64,000 nucleotides of DNA from Minisyncoccia bacterium (GTDB lineage Bacteria > Patescibacteriota > Minisyncoccia > Phycocordibacterales > UBA918), in assembly GCA_041738755.1 (NCBI GenBank), contig JBGSPE010000011.1:6658-70657 (forward strand), read 5' to 3'. The notes beneath the pieces are model-generated. The model searched no databases and was not told where the DNA came from. It saw only the letters and a list, made by a program, of their open reading frames with translations. Position numbers and translations under genes: made by a program. Shown here piece by piece: positions 30,057 to 38,949 of the stretch (position 1 is the stretch's first letter; the number at the start of each line of letters is the position of its first letter).

Positions 30057-31973
30057 TTAGGGTTGAATCGTACCATTTCCTCTTTCAAAACCATACTCAG
30101 TAGACAGCTCGGTGGTGACCTGTCCGCCAATGGCGTTGAGTTCTGAATTGGTGAAGCGGTCCGTGGCGGTTAGGGTTTGCTGATTAACCAATACTGGAGT
30201 TATACCAACTTGTGAGGAGCTTGGCAAAAGTGAGACCGAAAATACGAGTTCTTTCGTTCGTCCGGTCTCGATATTGCCCGCTTGCCAGGTGATTTCTTTG
30301 GTCACAGGGTTGTAGTCTACCGTTCCATCACCAGTGTACTGATTGGTCCACTCGACATACACCGGTAAGGTAGTTTTGACGACGGTATTGGTCAAATCAT
30401 TTACTCCGGCTCTGGCAACCAGGTTGGCTTGGTAGACGGTAGCTTGTCCCACTTTGGGAGGGACTACCCCTGTTCCTAAATTCATCTGCGTTGCCACCTG
30501 CGCAATTGATGTGTAGCGGGCTTCTGCACGCACCGTACCCAAGAGTTGTTCTTGAGCACTACTTTGAGCCAGTCTCCTCGCATACACATTGACCAACAAC
30601 TCGAAGGACGCGGCATTTTTCGGTGCTAGTGGTGTTACTGAAAAATCTAACGTCCTTGTTTGCCCTGGTCTCACTTCTCTGAAGTCAGGGTTGTTACTTG
30701 GCTCAAAGCGAACAACACCTCGATTGGAATCGTAAAATCCACTTGAGGTATTTAATGATGATTCATTCAAAATATTTCCTCCCGGCACCACTTCTACCAC
30801 CATGTCGTAGACCGTTTCATCAAGTGTATTGGTGACAAAAATTTGTGCTCGGCCATTCTCCCCTTCTTCAATAACGACGACAGGGTCTTGCGACTGATTA
30901 ATCTCGACCCGGACATCAATGAACGGTCGTTCAATGGTATATTCGAAACTCGCAATCGCTAATGTTGAACCAACAATGAATTGATTATCCGGCCGAGCTG
31001 GTCCGGCATCTAGATTGATAACAAAGCGCTCATTGGCCTGACCACTCGGAACGCCCTTGATAGTAATCGTGACGTTTTGCTCAGGTAGAAGCTCATCAAT
31101 TCGCCACACGTTTTCATTAAAGACTGGTGCTGGGGTAGATTCCGAAAAGCTAAAGCCATTAGGATACTTCGCACTCACCAAAATATTTTTAAGCGGAGCG
31201 CTAGCGTTTGATTTGGCCCTGACCGTGATATCCATAGTTTGTCCTGAGGCGACTTTTTGAACTGAAGTCACCTCAAGCACCAGCGGCGAGGAAGTGATTT
31301 GCATCCGGTATGGTTCAGCCTCTTTGAAGAACATACCGTTTGAACCTACCATCCGATACTCAATCGTGGCAGTGATTTGTTTCTCTTCGTTTTCTTGCCC
31401 AAAGACTGCTACCTGCACAGGGATATTTTTGGCTTCACCAGGAGCGAGACCTTGTAAAGGGATACGTTGCTCAAAGAGGTTTTCAATTGGCTCAACAACA
31501 CTTCTCGTACCGGCTGGATATCGAATCACGAGCGTTGCCGTTTCAATTGCAACTGTATTTTGATTAGTGACACCAAACTGAAGTGACACGGTATCACCCC
31601 CGGCCAATGTACTAGGACCACTGATGTTAATGCTAATATTGTCGCTCGAAATAGCACTCCCACCCATCAACATGTACAAACTAGAAAATAGAGCGACGAC
31701 AGCAAAAATACCTAGACTACCAAGGAGAACATACTTGCGAACCTGACTTCGCTTGGTTGGTAGTTCTGATTGAGCTTCGGTATTAGCTGTTTCAACCTGA
31801 ACCAGGTTGGGGGTGGCTTCGGGATTACTTGGCGTATTCCAATTTCGTGCTACGTCGACATGCCTATCTGTAAGACTGTGTCGCTCTGCTATATTTCCCG
31901 CTGAACCACGAGCATAGAGTCGCTCGCGCACCGCATCGATATGTTCTTGATCACGCAAATCACTCATAGACAT
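30057..31973 (-). CDS. membrane-anchored multi-Ig-domain hypothetical protein
   Basis: Single TM followed by repeated beta-sandwich motifs. Confidence 0.75.
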   Translation of the reverse strand: MSMSDLRDQEHIDAVRERLYARGSAGNIAERHSLTDRHVDVARNWNTPSNPEATPNLVQVETANTEAQSELPTKRSQVRKYVLLGSLGIFAVVALFSSLYMLMGGSAISSDNISINISGPSTLAGGDTVSLQFGVTNQNTVAIETATLVIRYPAGTRSVVEPIENLFEQRIPLQGLAPGEAKNIPVQVAVFGQENEEKQITATIEYRMVGSNGMFFKEAEPYRMQITSSPLVLEVTSVQKVASGQTMDITVRAKSNASAPLKNILVSAKYPNGFSFSESTPAPVFNENVWRIDELLPEQNVTITIKGVPSGQANERFVINLDAGPARPDNQFIVGSTLAIASFEYTIERPFIDVRVEINQSQDPVVVIEEGENGRAQIFVTNTLDETVYDMVVEVVPGGNILNESSLNTSSGFYDSNRGVVRFEPSNNPDFREVRPGQTRTLDFSVTPLAPKNAASFELLVNVYARRLAQSSAQEQLLGTVRAEARYTSIAQVATQMNLGTGVVPPKVGQATVYQANLVARAGVNDLTNTVVKTTLPVYVEWTNQYTGDGTVDYNPVTKEITWQAGNIETGRTKELVFSVSLLPSSSQVGITPVLVNQQTLTATDRFTNSELNAIGGQVTTELSTEYGFERGNGTIQP

Positions 31974-31990
31974 ATTTAGTATACCATTGA

Positions 31991-32569
31991 CTACAAATGA
32001 CTGGTTGAAACCGCTAGAGCAATCAGTTTATCAAGAACAGGCTCCAAACTTGTATCATGAATGAGCGCGATAGTAGCAGGTGAAACATCTTTGATTTCAT
32101 TCGGCACCAAGACTGAGTCAACGTAGCCCAAATCAGTGAGGATTTTTACCTGTAGTGACTTTTCGACCATTCCTCGGTGTGTCAGTTCACCTGACAGTAT
32201 TTGTAGTGATTCATAAATAAAATCAAACAACTGAGGAGTCGGTTCTTCACCAGAAAAGAACCGTCGCAGGACTCGAAACATACTTACAATACTGCCTCGA
32301 CTAGCTTTGTCCGTAGCTAGCGTGTAGAAATTTGTTTCAGCTTCAACACTGCCAATTTTCCAACCACTTTTACCGCGGACCAAAGACACTCGTATGTATG
32401 AGAAGTCCTGCATCGCAAACCGCTGCTTGCTTCGTTCTTCACGAATACTGCGCGCATCAGCAAAAAGCATCCCCGCTTCCCGGGTAAAGAGTAAGTAGGA
32501 ACGGTCTGCAGTATTGCGATTAAACGTACCGCAGACGAGAGCGTGCGTAATGTACGTCTGGTACGACAT
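31991..32569 (-). CDS. recO: DNA repair protein RecO (short form)
   Basis: ADR..LLFTREAG...A.ARSIR..RSK OB-fold pattern, L..LGY. Confidence 0.8.
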   Translation of the reverse strand: MSYQTYITHALVCGTFNRNTADRSYLLFTREAGMLFADARSIREERSKQRFAMQDFSYIRVSLVRGKSGWKIGSVEAETNFYTLATDKASRGSIVSMFRVLRRFFSGEEPTPQLFDFIYESLQILSGELTHRGMVEKSLQVKILTDLGYVDSVLVPNEIKDVSPATIALIHDTSLEPVLDKLIALAVSTSHL

Positions 32570-35500
32570 TAGACTTTTTTAATAGTAAAGATGAATTGCT
32601 CAGTATCGGTAGCGACTACTTCTCCGTCAGTGTCAGCGAAGCTAAGCTCGACCGCACCAACCGTCTTCGTAAGGAGAGATGCGAAGCTTTCAATGTTGGC
32701 CCGGCCAGCATCGGTCGCTTGCACCGTGAGGATAATCTGGTCCTGTGGGGCCAGACCTTCAGCCTTTCGTCTTCCCTGCACTGCTCGCATGAGTTCGCGT
32801 ACATTTCCTTCCGCAATAAGTTCTGGAGTAAGGGTGGTATCAATCATTACACCTTCTCCCACGATATAGTCTTTAGCGTTTAGTTCGTCGAGAATGATTG
32901 ATTGCATGGCGTCACTAATCTGAGGTCCAGTAACACTTGCAATTGGCTGTCGTACTTTAATATTTGATTTTGTTCGAGCTTCAAGTGCTGCAGTTACAAT
33001 TTCACGAGTAGCTACCATATCTACAATTATCTCCATTGGAACATCGGCAACTTCAGGCCATCGGCCGAGATGGACACTTTCTCCATCAGTCTCCTCTTTC
33101 ACCGCTTGGAAGAGGAACTCGGCATAAAATGGCATGGCCGGCGCCATCACGAGTGCTGTAGTGCGAAGGACATACCGAAGTGTTGAGAGTGCATGTGTCT
33201 TATCAGCTTCATTGTCTCCCTTAAAGCGGTCGCGAGAGCGACGCAAGTACCAAACCGAAAGATCATCAATAAACTCAGTCAGTGGTCTCGTCGCTTTATC
33301 AAACTCATAGTTTTCGTAACCAGCAGTTGTGGTATTCACGAGCTCTTGTAGTCGCGCCAAAATCCACCGATCCAGAACATGAGTTGAGTGGGCACTTCCC
33401 TTTGTACCATCAGCAAACATTTCATACATCTGGAGGACATTATGAAGTCGACCAATATTCTTCCGCTGCAACTCAAGTACTTCCTTACCTGAGAAATTAA
33501 GGTCTTCTCCCCGAACAACCGGTGAAGAGAGGAGGTACATTCTCATCGCATCAGCTCCAGCTTGATTAGCGAGTTCCATCGGGTCAGGATAGTTCTTGAG
33601 TGACTTACTCATCTTCTTCCCGTCCTCAGCCAACACGAGACCGTTTACTGCTACGTTTTTAAACGGACTCGTACCAAACAAGGCCACACCGAGTACCATC
33701 AGTGAGTAAAACCACCCTCGGGTTTGATCAAGTCCCTCAGCGATAAATTCAGCTGGGAATCTTGATTCCAAGAAACGTTCTTTATCTTTAAAGGGATAGT
33801 GATGTTGCCCATACGGCATTGAGCCACTTTCAAACCAACAATCAAATACATCTGGTACGCGCTCTAACTGTGTATCATTTTCAAACAAGATAACGTCATC
33901 GATATATGGTCGATGGAGGTCGAGCTCATACAAGTCATTGTGTGGTAGTGGTGTGAAGTTGAGCGTTCGCACCTCGGCGTTTTTGATATACGTCTTGAAG
34001 GGGTCAAGACATGCCTCTGTCGCAAAACCATTGACCACACACTCAAGCATGGTAAGCGGGTCACCGTGGGACACAATCAATATCTTTTTACCTTGATAGG
34101 TCTTCTCAATATCGTAGAGAAATTCCCCCATTCGCACCTTTACCTCATTGAGGGATTCAAGGCCAGCCACTGACTTCGTAAATTCTTCAAGTGGGTTTGC
34201 GTAATGTTGGATTTTTTCTTGATTTGGCTTGCCTTCGAGCTCACCCATCCCAGACTCTCGAATACGAGCATCTTCAATCAAGACAGAATCAGGTAAACCA
34301 AGCAACTCCGCAACCATGGCAGCAGTCGTTTTTGCTCGCGGCAACGGTGAATAAAAAATATAATCAATGTCAGACGGAAGACTTGCGACCGCATCTTTGA
34401 TTTGTTCCATTCCCTTTTCAGTCACCGGGTTGTCTTTAGTGGCGTCACCGTTGAGGAAGCCTTCAACATTTGAGCGGGCTTCAGCGTGACGCATCACGAG
34501 ATACTCATTACCACTTTTTGGTACATACGTCTTCAACTCATCGACTGAACCAATGACTACAAACGACTGTAACTCAGGATTTCGCCAGACCGGAAGTGGT
34601 GCCCCCCAGTATCGTTGCCGTGATACCGCCCAGTCTCGAGCGCCCTCAAGCCACTTTCCAAAGCGGTTGGTTCCGACGTGTTCCGGTACCCACTTCACTT
34701 CAGCATTAGCCTTTAGTAAGTCATCTTTGATTTTTGGTACGTTCACAAACCACGACGTAGTCGCGTAGTTTAGAAGTGGTGTCTCACACCGCCAACAGTG
34801 CGGGTAGCTGTGTGAAATATTTTCTTTCTTGAAAATCTTCCCGACTTTTTGCAGGGCTCGTAAGACTTCAATATCAGTGTCTTTGTGATCCACCCCAGCC
34901 CCTTCATCATCTTTTGGCTTTACCAACCGACCAGCAAACTCCGTTATAAATGACTTGAAGTGTCCTGCCTCATCAACATGGTGAAAGATTGGGACGCCGT
35001 GCTCTTGTGCGAGCTTCATGTCGTCGTCACCATACGCTGGCGCAATATGCACCGCACCAGTACCGTCCTCTCCTACTTCAACATAATCAGCGTGGCGAAT
35101 AACCCAACCATTCTTTGCTCCTTCAAGCTGTTGCTCCTCTATGTAGGTAAATGGTGGCTGATAGCGGGTACCGACCAGACTACTTCCCATCAACTCTTCA
35201 ACTACTTCGTGAGCAAGATCACCCAGTTGTGCAAGCCGTCCTTTAGCTAAGATGAAATACTCGTTCTCAATCTTTACCTTTACATACGTAATTTCGTTAT
35301 GGACCGCGGCAGCGATATTCCCTGGTAGTGTCCATGGGGTCGTGGTCCAAACCAAAAGGCTCGTATCAGTGACACTCCCTCCCTCATCCAACAGTGGCAG
35401 CTTCACGGTAACGGCAATATCTTTAATATCTTTGTAGCCTTGATTCACCTCAAAGTTTGAGAGGGTTGTTCCGCAACGTGGACACAGGTGCATACTTTTG

Positions 35501-36072
35501 AAACCTTCAAACACGAGACCTTTCTCATGGAGTGACTTAAATACCGACCACACACTTTCGGTGTAGCTACTGTCCATGGTCTTGTAGTCGTTCTGCATAT
35601 CAACAAACCGTCCCATCCGAGGGATAATTTCTCGCCAATCATCAGCGTAGCGTAAAACTGCACCGCGAGCACGTTCATTAAAATTCTTGACGCCATAGGC
35701 TTCAATATCACGCTTGGTTCCTAGTCCCAATTCTTTTTCAATCAGGTTCTCAAGCGGTAGTCCGTGACAATCCCACCCCCACTTCCGTTCCACTCGATAC
35801 CCATTCATGGTCTTGTACCGAGGAATCGCATCCTTCATCGTCCCGGCTAAAATATGCCCATAGTGAGGCAACCCGGTCGCAAACGGCGGACCATCATAAA
35901 AAACAAACTCGCCCTTGGGCTCCACTCCAGCTGGAGTAGCCACTGTTTTATTAAAAATATCGTTATCCTGCCAAAATTGTAGTATCGCCTCTTCACGCTG
36001 TGCGACATCGCTTTTGGGGACTTCGTTTAATACTTCTACCGTGTCGTTTTCACGACCTTTCATTAGACTCAT
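32569..36072 (-). CDS. ileS: isoleucyl-tRNA synthetase (type 2) with inserted histidine-phosphatase domain
   Basis: DGPPFATGLPHYGH, GWDCHGLP, WTTTPWTLP, DQTRGWF, KMSKS; inserted RHAE...SPL.RA..TA...VSHG. Confidence 0.97.
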   Translation of the reverse strand: MSLMKGRENDTVEVLNEVPKSDVAQREEAILQFWQDNDIFNKTVATPAGVEPKGEFVFYDGPPFATGLPHYGHILAGTMKDAIPRYKTMNGYRVERKWGWDCHGLPLENLIEKELGLGTKRDIEAYGVKNFNERARGAVLRYADDWREIIPRMGRFVDMQNDYKTMDSSYTESVWSVFKSLHEKGLVFEGFKSMHLCPRCGTTLSNFEVNQGYKDIKDIAVTVKLPLLDEGGSVTDTSLLVWTTTPWTLPGNIAAAVHNEITYVKVKIENEYFILAKGRLAQLGDLAHEVVEELMGSSLVGTRYQPPFTYIEEQQLEGAKNGWVIRHADYVEVGEDGTGAVHIAPAYGDDDMKLAQEHGVPIFHHVDEAGHFKSFITEFAGRLVKPKDDEGAGVDHKDTDIEVLRALQKVGKIFKKENISHSYPHCWRCETPLLNYATTSWFVNVPKIKDDLLKANAEVKWVPEHVGTNRFGKWLEGARDWAVSRQRYWGAPLPVWRNPELQSFVVIGSVDELKTYVPKSGNEYLVMRHAEARSNVEGFLNGDATKDNPVTEKGMEQIKDAVASLPSDIDYIFYSPLPRAKTTAAMVAELLGLPDSVLIEDARIRESGMGELEGKPNQEKIQHYANPLEEFTKSVAGLESLNEVKVRMGEFLYDIEKTYQGKKILIVSHGDPLTMLECVVNGFATEACLDPFKTYIKNAEVRTLNFTPLPHNDLYELDLHRPYIDDVILFENDTQLERVPDVFDCWFESGSMPYGQHHYPFKDKERFLESRFPAEFIAEGLDQTRGWFYSLMVLGVALFGTSPFKNVAVNGLVLAEDGKKMSKSLKNYPDPMELANQAGADAMRMYLLSSPVVRGEDLNFSGKEVLELQRKNIGRLHNVLQMYEMFADGTKGSAHSTHVLDRWILARLQELVNTTTAGYENYEFDKATRPLTEFIDDLSVWYLRRSRDRFKGDNEADKTHALSTLRYVLRTTALVMAPAMPFYAEFLFQAVKEETDGESVHLGRWPEVADVPMEIIVDMVATREIVTAALEARTKSNIKVRQPIASVTGPQISDAMQSIILDELNAKDYIVGEGVMIDTTLTPELIAEGNVRELMRAVQGRRKAEGLAPQDQIILTVQATDAGRANIESFASLLTKTVGAVELSFADTDGEVVATDTEQFIFTIKKV

Positions 36073-36149
36073 ATGAAATTAATTATGTATATCAGACATG
36101 TATAAACGTGGCATATCAGGCCACGCTTTTGATAGTAACAAACTCTACC

Positions 36150-36179
36150 AAAAAGAAAAAGTCGCTGTTATGCGACTTT
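36150..36179 (-). terminator. intrinsic terminator of the CRISPR array transcript
   Basis: Minus strand AAGTCGC-ATAACA-GCGACTT followed by TTTCTTTTT, directly after the trailer repeat. Confidence 0.75.
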
Positions 36180-36183
36180 ATTA

Positions 36184-36499
36184 TCCTCTATAAGGAGGGG
36201 TTCAGCTATTGAATGTCTTTCGAGCTTTCGGGAGCGGATTGGTGTCAGACCTCCCCCCTCGGTTAGGAGGGGGTTCAGCTATTGGTCTTGCGGAAGTGAA
36301 AGCAGGAAGAGGAGTGTCAGACCTCCCCCCTCGGTTAGGAGGGGGTTCAGCTATTAGATGTGCGCAAGCGCTGCTTGAAGCGGGAAGTGTCAGACCTCCC
36401 CCCTCGGTTAGGAGGGGGTTCAGCTATAACGTCGCGCCAGTGGTACTTGGTGGTGACAGTGTCAGACCTCCCCCCTCGGTTAGGAGGGGGTTCAGCTAT
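36184..36499 (-). CRISPR. CRISPR array: 4 identical 41-bp repeats, a degenerate trailer and 4 spacers (32, 31, 32, 31 bp)
   Basis: Repeat (+) GTGTCAGACCTCCCCCCTCGGTTAGGAGGGGGTTCAGCTAT at 36242-36282, 36314-36354, 36387-36427 and 36459-36499; partial copy ending at 36209; 7-bp stem CCCCCTC/GAGGGGG; unique spacers; adjacent to cas1. Confidence 0.95.
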
Positions 36500-36723
36500 A
36501 AGTGAGCGGGTAGGTTTTCCAAGGCTAGCTTGGCATCATCTGTGGGTGCTCATCCCCACAGCGGCGCTGACACGGCGCAAAAATAGAGACTTCACAACCC
36601 TCATTACAAGGGTTTCTGAATGCAATCCAGTTTCTCTACCGGTTGGAACCCTTTATGAGAAAAACATCACTGACTATAACTTTTTGCCAAGTGTTTTTCT
36701 CACTTATTTCAAAGACCAACTCA
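36500..36723 (-). ncRNA. putative structured leader / tracr- or omega-like scaffold RNA
   Basis: Lies between promoter and first repeat; several hairpins; GTGTCAG (36573-36567) is complementary to the repeat 3' end CTGACAC. Confidence 0.5.
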
Positions 36724-36729
36724 AGAGAA

Positions 36730-36757
36730 AATATACACTCCTATCTATTCTTGTCAA
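36730..36757 (-). promoter_or_regulatory. sigma70-like promoter for the scaffold and array
   Basis: TTGACA-N16-TATATT on the minus strand; the -35 overlaps the cas1 stop codon. Confidence 0.7.
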
Positions 36758-37458
36758 GTGCAACGAGAGTCGTGCCTCATTGGAAGTAGTGTGGGGGTAA
36801 ATACTTCTTTATGGTTCACCGCTTTTATAAATTTTGTAATCTGGAGATCCATATAATACTCGTAGGTATGACACTGCTTAAAATCACGAAGATAGTGCTT
36901 TTTCTGTAGCTGTTGATTGATTGCATGAAGTAGCTGAACTATATGCTCTTGGGTAAGTTTTTCGATTGGCTTTTTCTTCAAACGCAAAAATCGTAATACC
37001 TCAGTATCTACTACATCCGCTCGAAAAAGTTCAACGAGATCATATACTAGTGGCTTGCTCTTAGCTGTGCGTGGTTTATGCAATAATCCAATCGCGGCTG
37101 TTATGTCTCTTCGTTTAAGATTTTTACTAATCTTAACTGTAAGATGATGGTAGCCAATATCCAGCAGCTGATTTGTGACATCACTTCCTCGTGGTGCTCG
37201 ACTGGTAAACCTAGTCCAGGTTGGCAGTAGCGTACGGTAAACAGACCAAAATTGCTTAGCTGCTCTGGCTTCGTATAGTAAAATGTCTTGCATTGATGTA
37301 GGAGTACCTAGGATTGCAACTTCTCTTGGCATTTTATAGGCAGCCAACAGTGCTGAACGTTGGCGGATTTTGGTCTCAATGAGTACTACAGCACTTTTTA
37401 GTGCTAACGGTGATTGGGAGTATACAGACATCCGAGCTATCCACAAAGCATTTGTCAT
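36754..37458 (-). CDS. cas1: Cas1 integrase lacking the N-terminal domain (234 aa)
   Basis: LLYEARAAKQFW, NQLLDIGY, GLLH, PLVYDLVELFRADVVD; start at ATG 37458 after a terminator. Confidence 0.9.
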   Translation of the reverse strand: MTNALWIARMSVYSQSPLALKSAVVLIETKIRQRSALLAAYKMPREVAILGTPTSMQDILLYEARAAKQFWSVYRTLLPTWTRFTSRAPRGSDVTNQLLDIGYHHLTVKISKNLKRRDITAAIGLLHKPRTAKSKPLVYDLVELFRADVVDTEVLRFLRLKKKPIEKLTQEHIVQLLHAINQQLQKKHYLRDFKQCHTYEYYMDLQITKFIKAVNHKEVFTPTLLPMRHDSRCT

Positions 37459-37471
37459 AGTATTAGCATAA

Positions 37472-37505
37472 CAAAAAGGACGTTCGGTTGATACCGAACG
37501 TCCTT
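37472..37505 (-). terminator. intrinsic terminator between the effector and cas1
   Basis: AAGGACGTTCGGT-ATCA-ACCGAACGTCCTT followed by TTTGTT. Confidence 0.8.
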
Positions 37506-37510
37506 GAGCA

Positions 37511-38878
37511 TTAAAGCAAAGTAGCACTCTCAGGCGCCCTGAGAAATTGATCCCGCAACGCTTTGGCTACAAAGATTTTTTTCTCATCCCCCAAGAGGGT
37601 ACTTGGTACTTCACCAGAAAAGGCCATACGTCTGACACTGCCTCCATGCTCTTTGGCTTTTTCTTTGAGCCAAGAGACCAGATACGCCAATGAACCCGTA
37701 TTTTGAGCCGCCCAGTTGGCACCAAGCGACCCACCACGTTCTGGCTTACTAGCATCAGCTAGCTTACCCGGCTTACTTCGGACAACCAGCTCAGTCACTA
37801 CAAAGTGAATTCCATGACCAGAAGCAACGGTCTTGGTACTACTTTGGAGACCGTACCCATGCTTACACTTGAATCGCCGTTCTGCTTTACTAAGCGGACG
37901 CTCCACTTCGGTGCGAAGCAGCCCATTTGCAACCACTCGTCGACGATTCATCTGCTGTTGTTCACCAAGGTGACGAAACAGAAACCGCCACGCAAGAGAA
38001 AGCTCTTCATGCTTTCCTGAACCTTTTGCTAACTTATCCTCAGCTACCAGTTGCCTGGTACGAACCGACAACGCTTCCAAGTGGGGCTTGAGCGAAATAT
38101 CTGAACGCCGAAATGGTATGACGACTTCACCATGCGGAGAAACCACCCCAATAGACGATGCTCCCAGTGCGACATACACTGCCGTATCAGGATCAAAGTC
38201 TTGAGTTATCGGCTGTTCAATTTCATACGCCAGCGATAAGGTAAGATGACCGGGTCGCTTAAGCCACGAATCACTGCGGGCAATAGTGAATTTCGCAAAC
38301 CGAAGAGCTGACTGGAGTTGTTCCATCTGGTAGTGGGCGACCTTAAAACAAAGTGTCCCACCAAAGGATCGCGGCGCCAATTGCACCATCCCACCCTTAA
38401 GGCGAAATGATGCTCCGAGAGCTCCCAGAATCACCTGAAAACGATCTTCAGAACATATCTTTGGCGATCGAGCATCAACATCACCCTTCTTCCGCAATTC
38501 GAAAAAGCTTTTGAAGGCTCCTTCGACCTGCCGAAACGTTTCGAGTACCCAATTAGTTGGTATTTTTGCTCGAAACAATCCAGCGCTCTCGTCCGCTGGA
38601 CGCTGTTCATCTTTGAACCGTGTATAGCAATCGAAGGCAGTGAGGAAACCCTTCACGTCCTTCTGTCTTTCATCATTGGACTTGGCTTCTTTGTACGCCG
38701 TGTACTGTTGGTACTGCCACTCCAGAGCGAGATTGTAATATTCTCGCAATCCATCGCTGATACGGTACAAAAGTGACTCTTGTTCTTTAGTAAGAGACAG
38801 TGGCCACTTCTGAGTGCGATGCATGATTGCCCGTTTTTGTTCGGCGGACTTCTGTTTAGCTGTTTGTGTTTGTGCCAT
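37511..38878 (-). CDS. CRISPR-associated TnpB/Cas12-like protein with inactivated RuvC (455 aa)
   Basis: TnpB N-terminal pattern LSLTKEQ..L......R.YYN.AL, AFKSFF..RK.G..P, RuvC-I-like VYVALG, KGS helix, RuvC-II-like FVVTEL, LKEKAKEHG; no zinc finger; SD AGGAGGTG. Confidence 0.8.
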   Translation of the reverse strand: MAQTQTAKQKSAEQKRAIMHRTQKWPLSLTKEQESLLYRISDGLREYYNLALEWQYQQYTAYKEAKSNDERQKDVKGFLTAFDCYTRFKDEQRPADESAGLFRAKIPTNWVLETFRQVEGAFKSFFELRKKGDVDARSPKICSEDRFQVILGALGASFRLKGGMVQLAPRSFGGTLCFKVAHYQMEQLQSALRFAKFTIARSDSWLKRPGHLTLSLAYEIEQPITQDFDPDTAVYVALGASSIGVVSPHGEVVIPFRRSDISLKPHLEALSVRTRQLVAEDKLAKGSGKHEELSLAWRFLFRHLGEQQQMNRRRVVANGLLRTEVERPLSKAERRFKCKHGYGLQSSTKTVASGHGIHFVVTELVVRSKPGKLADASKPERGGSLGANWAAQNTGSLAYLVSWLKEKAKEHGGSVRRMAFSGEVPSTLLGDEKKIFVAKALRDQFLRAPESATLL

Positions 38879-38949
38879 TTGGCACCTCCTTTCTCAATGT
38901 CTATGTGCAAATTTCTAGTTAGACTTATATCACAAAAATATGTAATTGT

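Noticed and set aside
36500-36753. Possible cas2 between cas1 and the array
   Set aside because: No minus-strand ORF of 60 aa or more in the ORF track and no Cas2-like motif; the region holds a promoter and hairpins.
36209-36800. ORFs 36209..36505 and 36360..36800 with repeated peptides
   Set aside because: Read-through of the CRISPR repeats and leader, opposite to the inferred transcription direction.
37459-37527. Longer cas1 start at 37527 (257 aa)
   Set aside because: The extension runs through the terminator hairpin and effector stop and is too short to supply the missing domain.
37511-38878. IS200/IS605 or IS607 transposon interpretation of the TnpB-like gene
   Set aside because: No adjacent TnpA or resolvase, degenerate RuvC, and direct linkage to cas1 and an array; the RAYT is more than 30 kb away.
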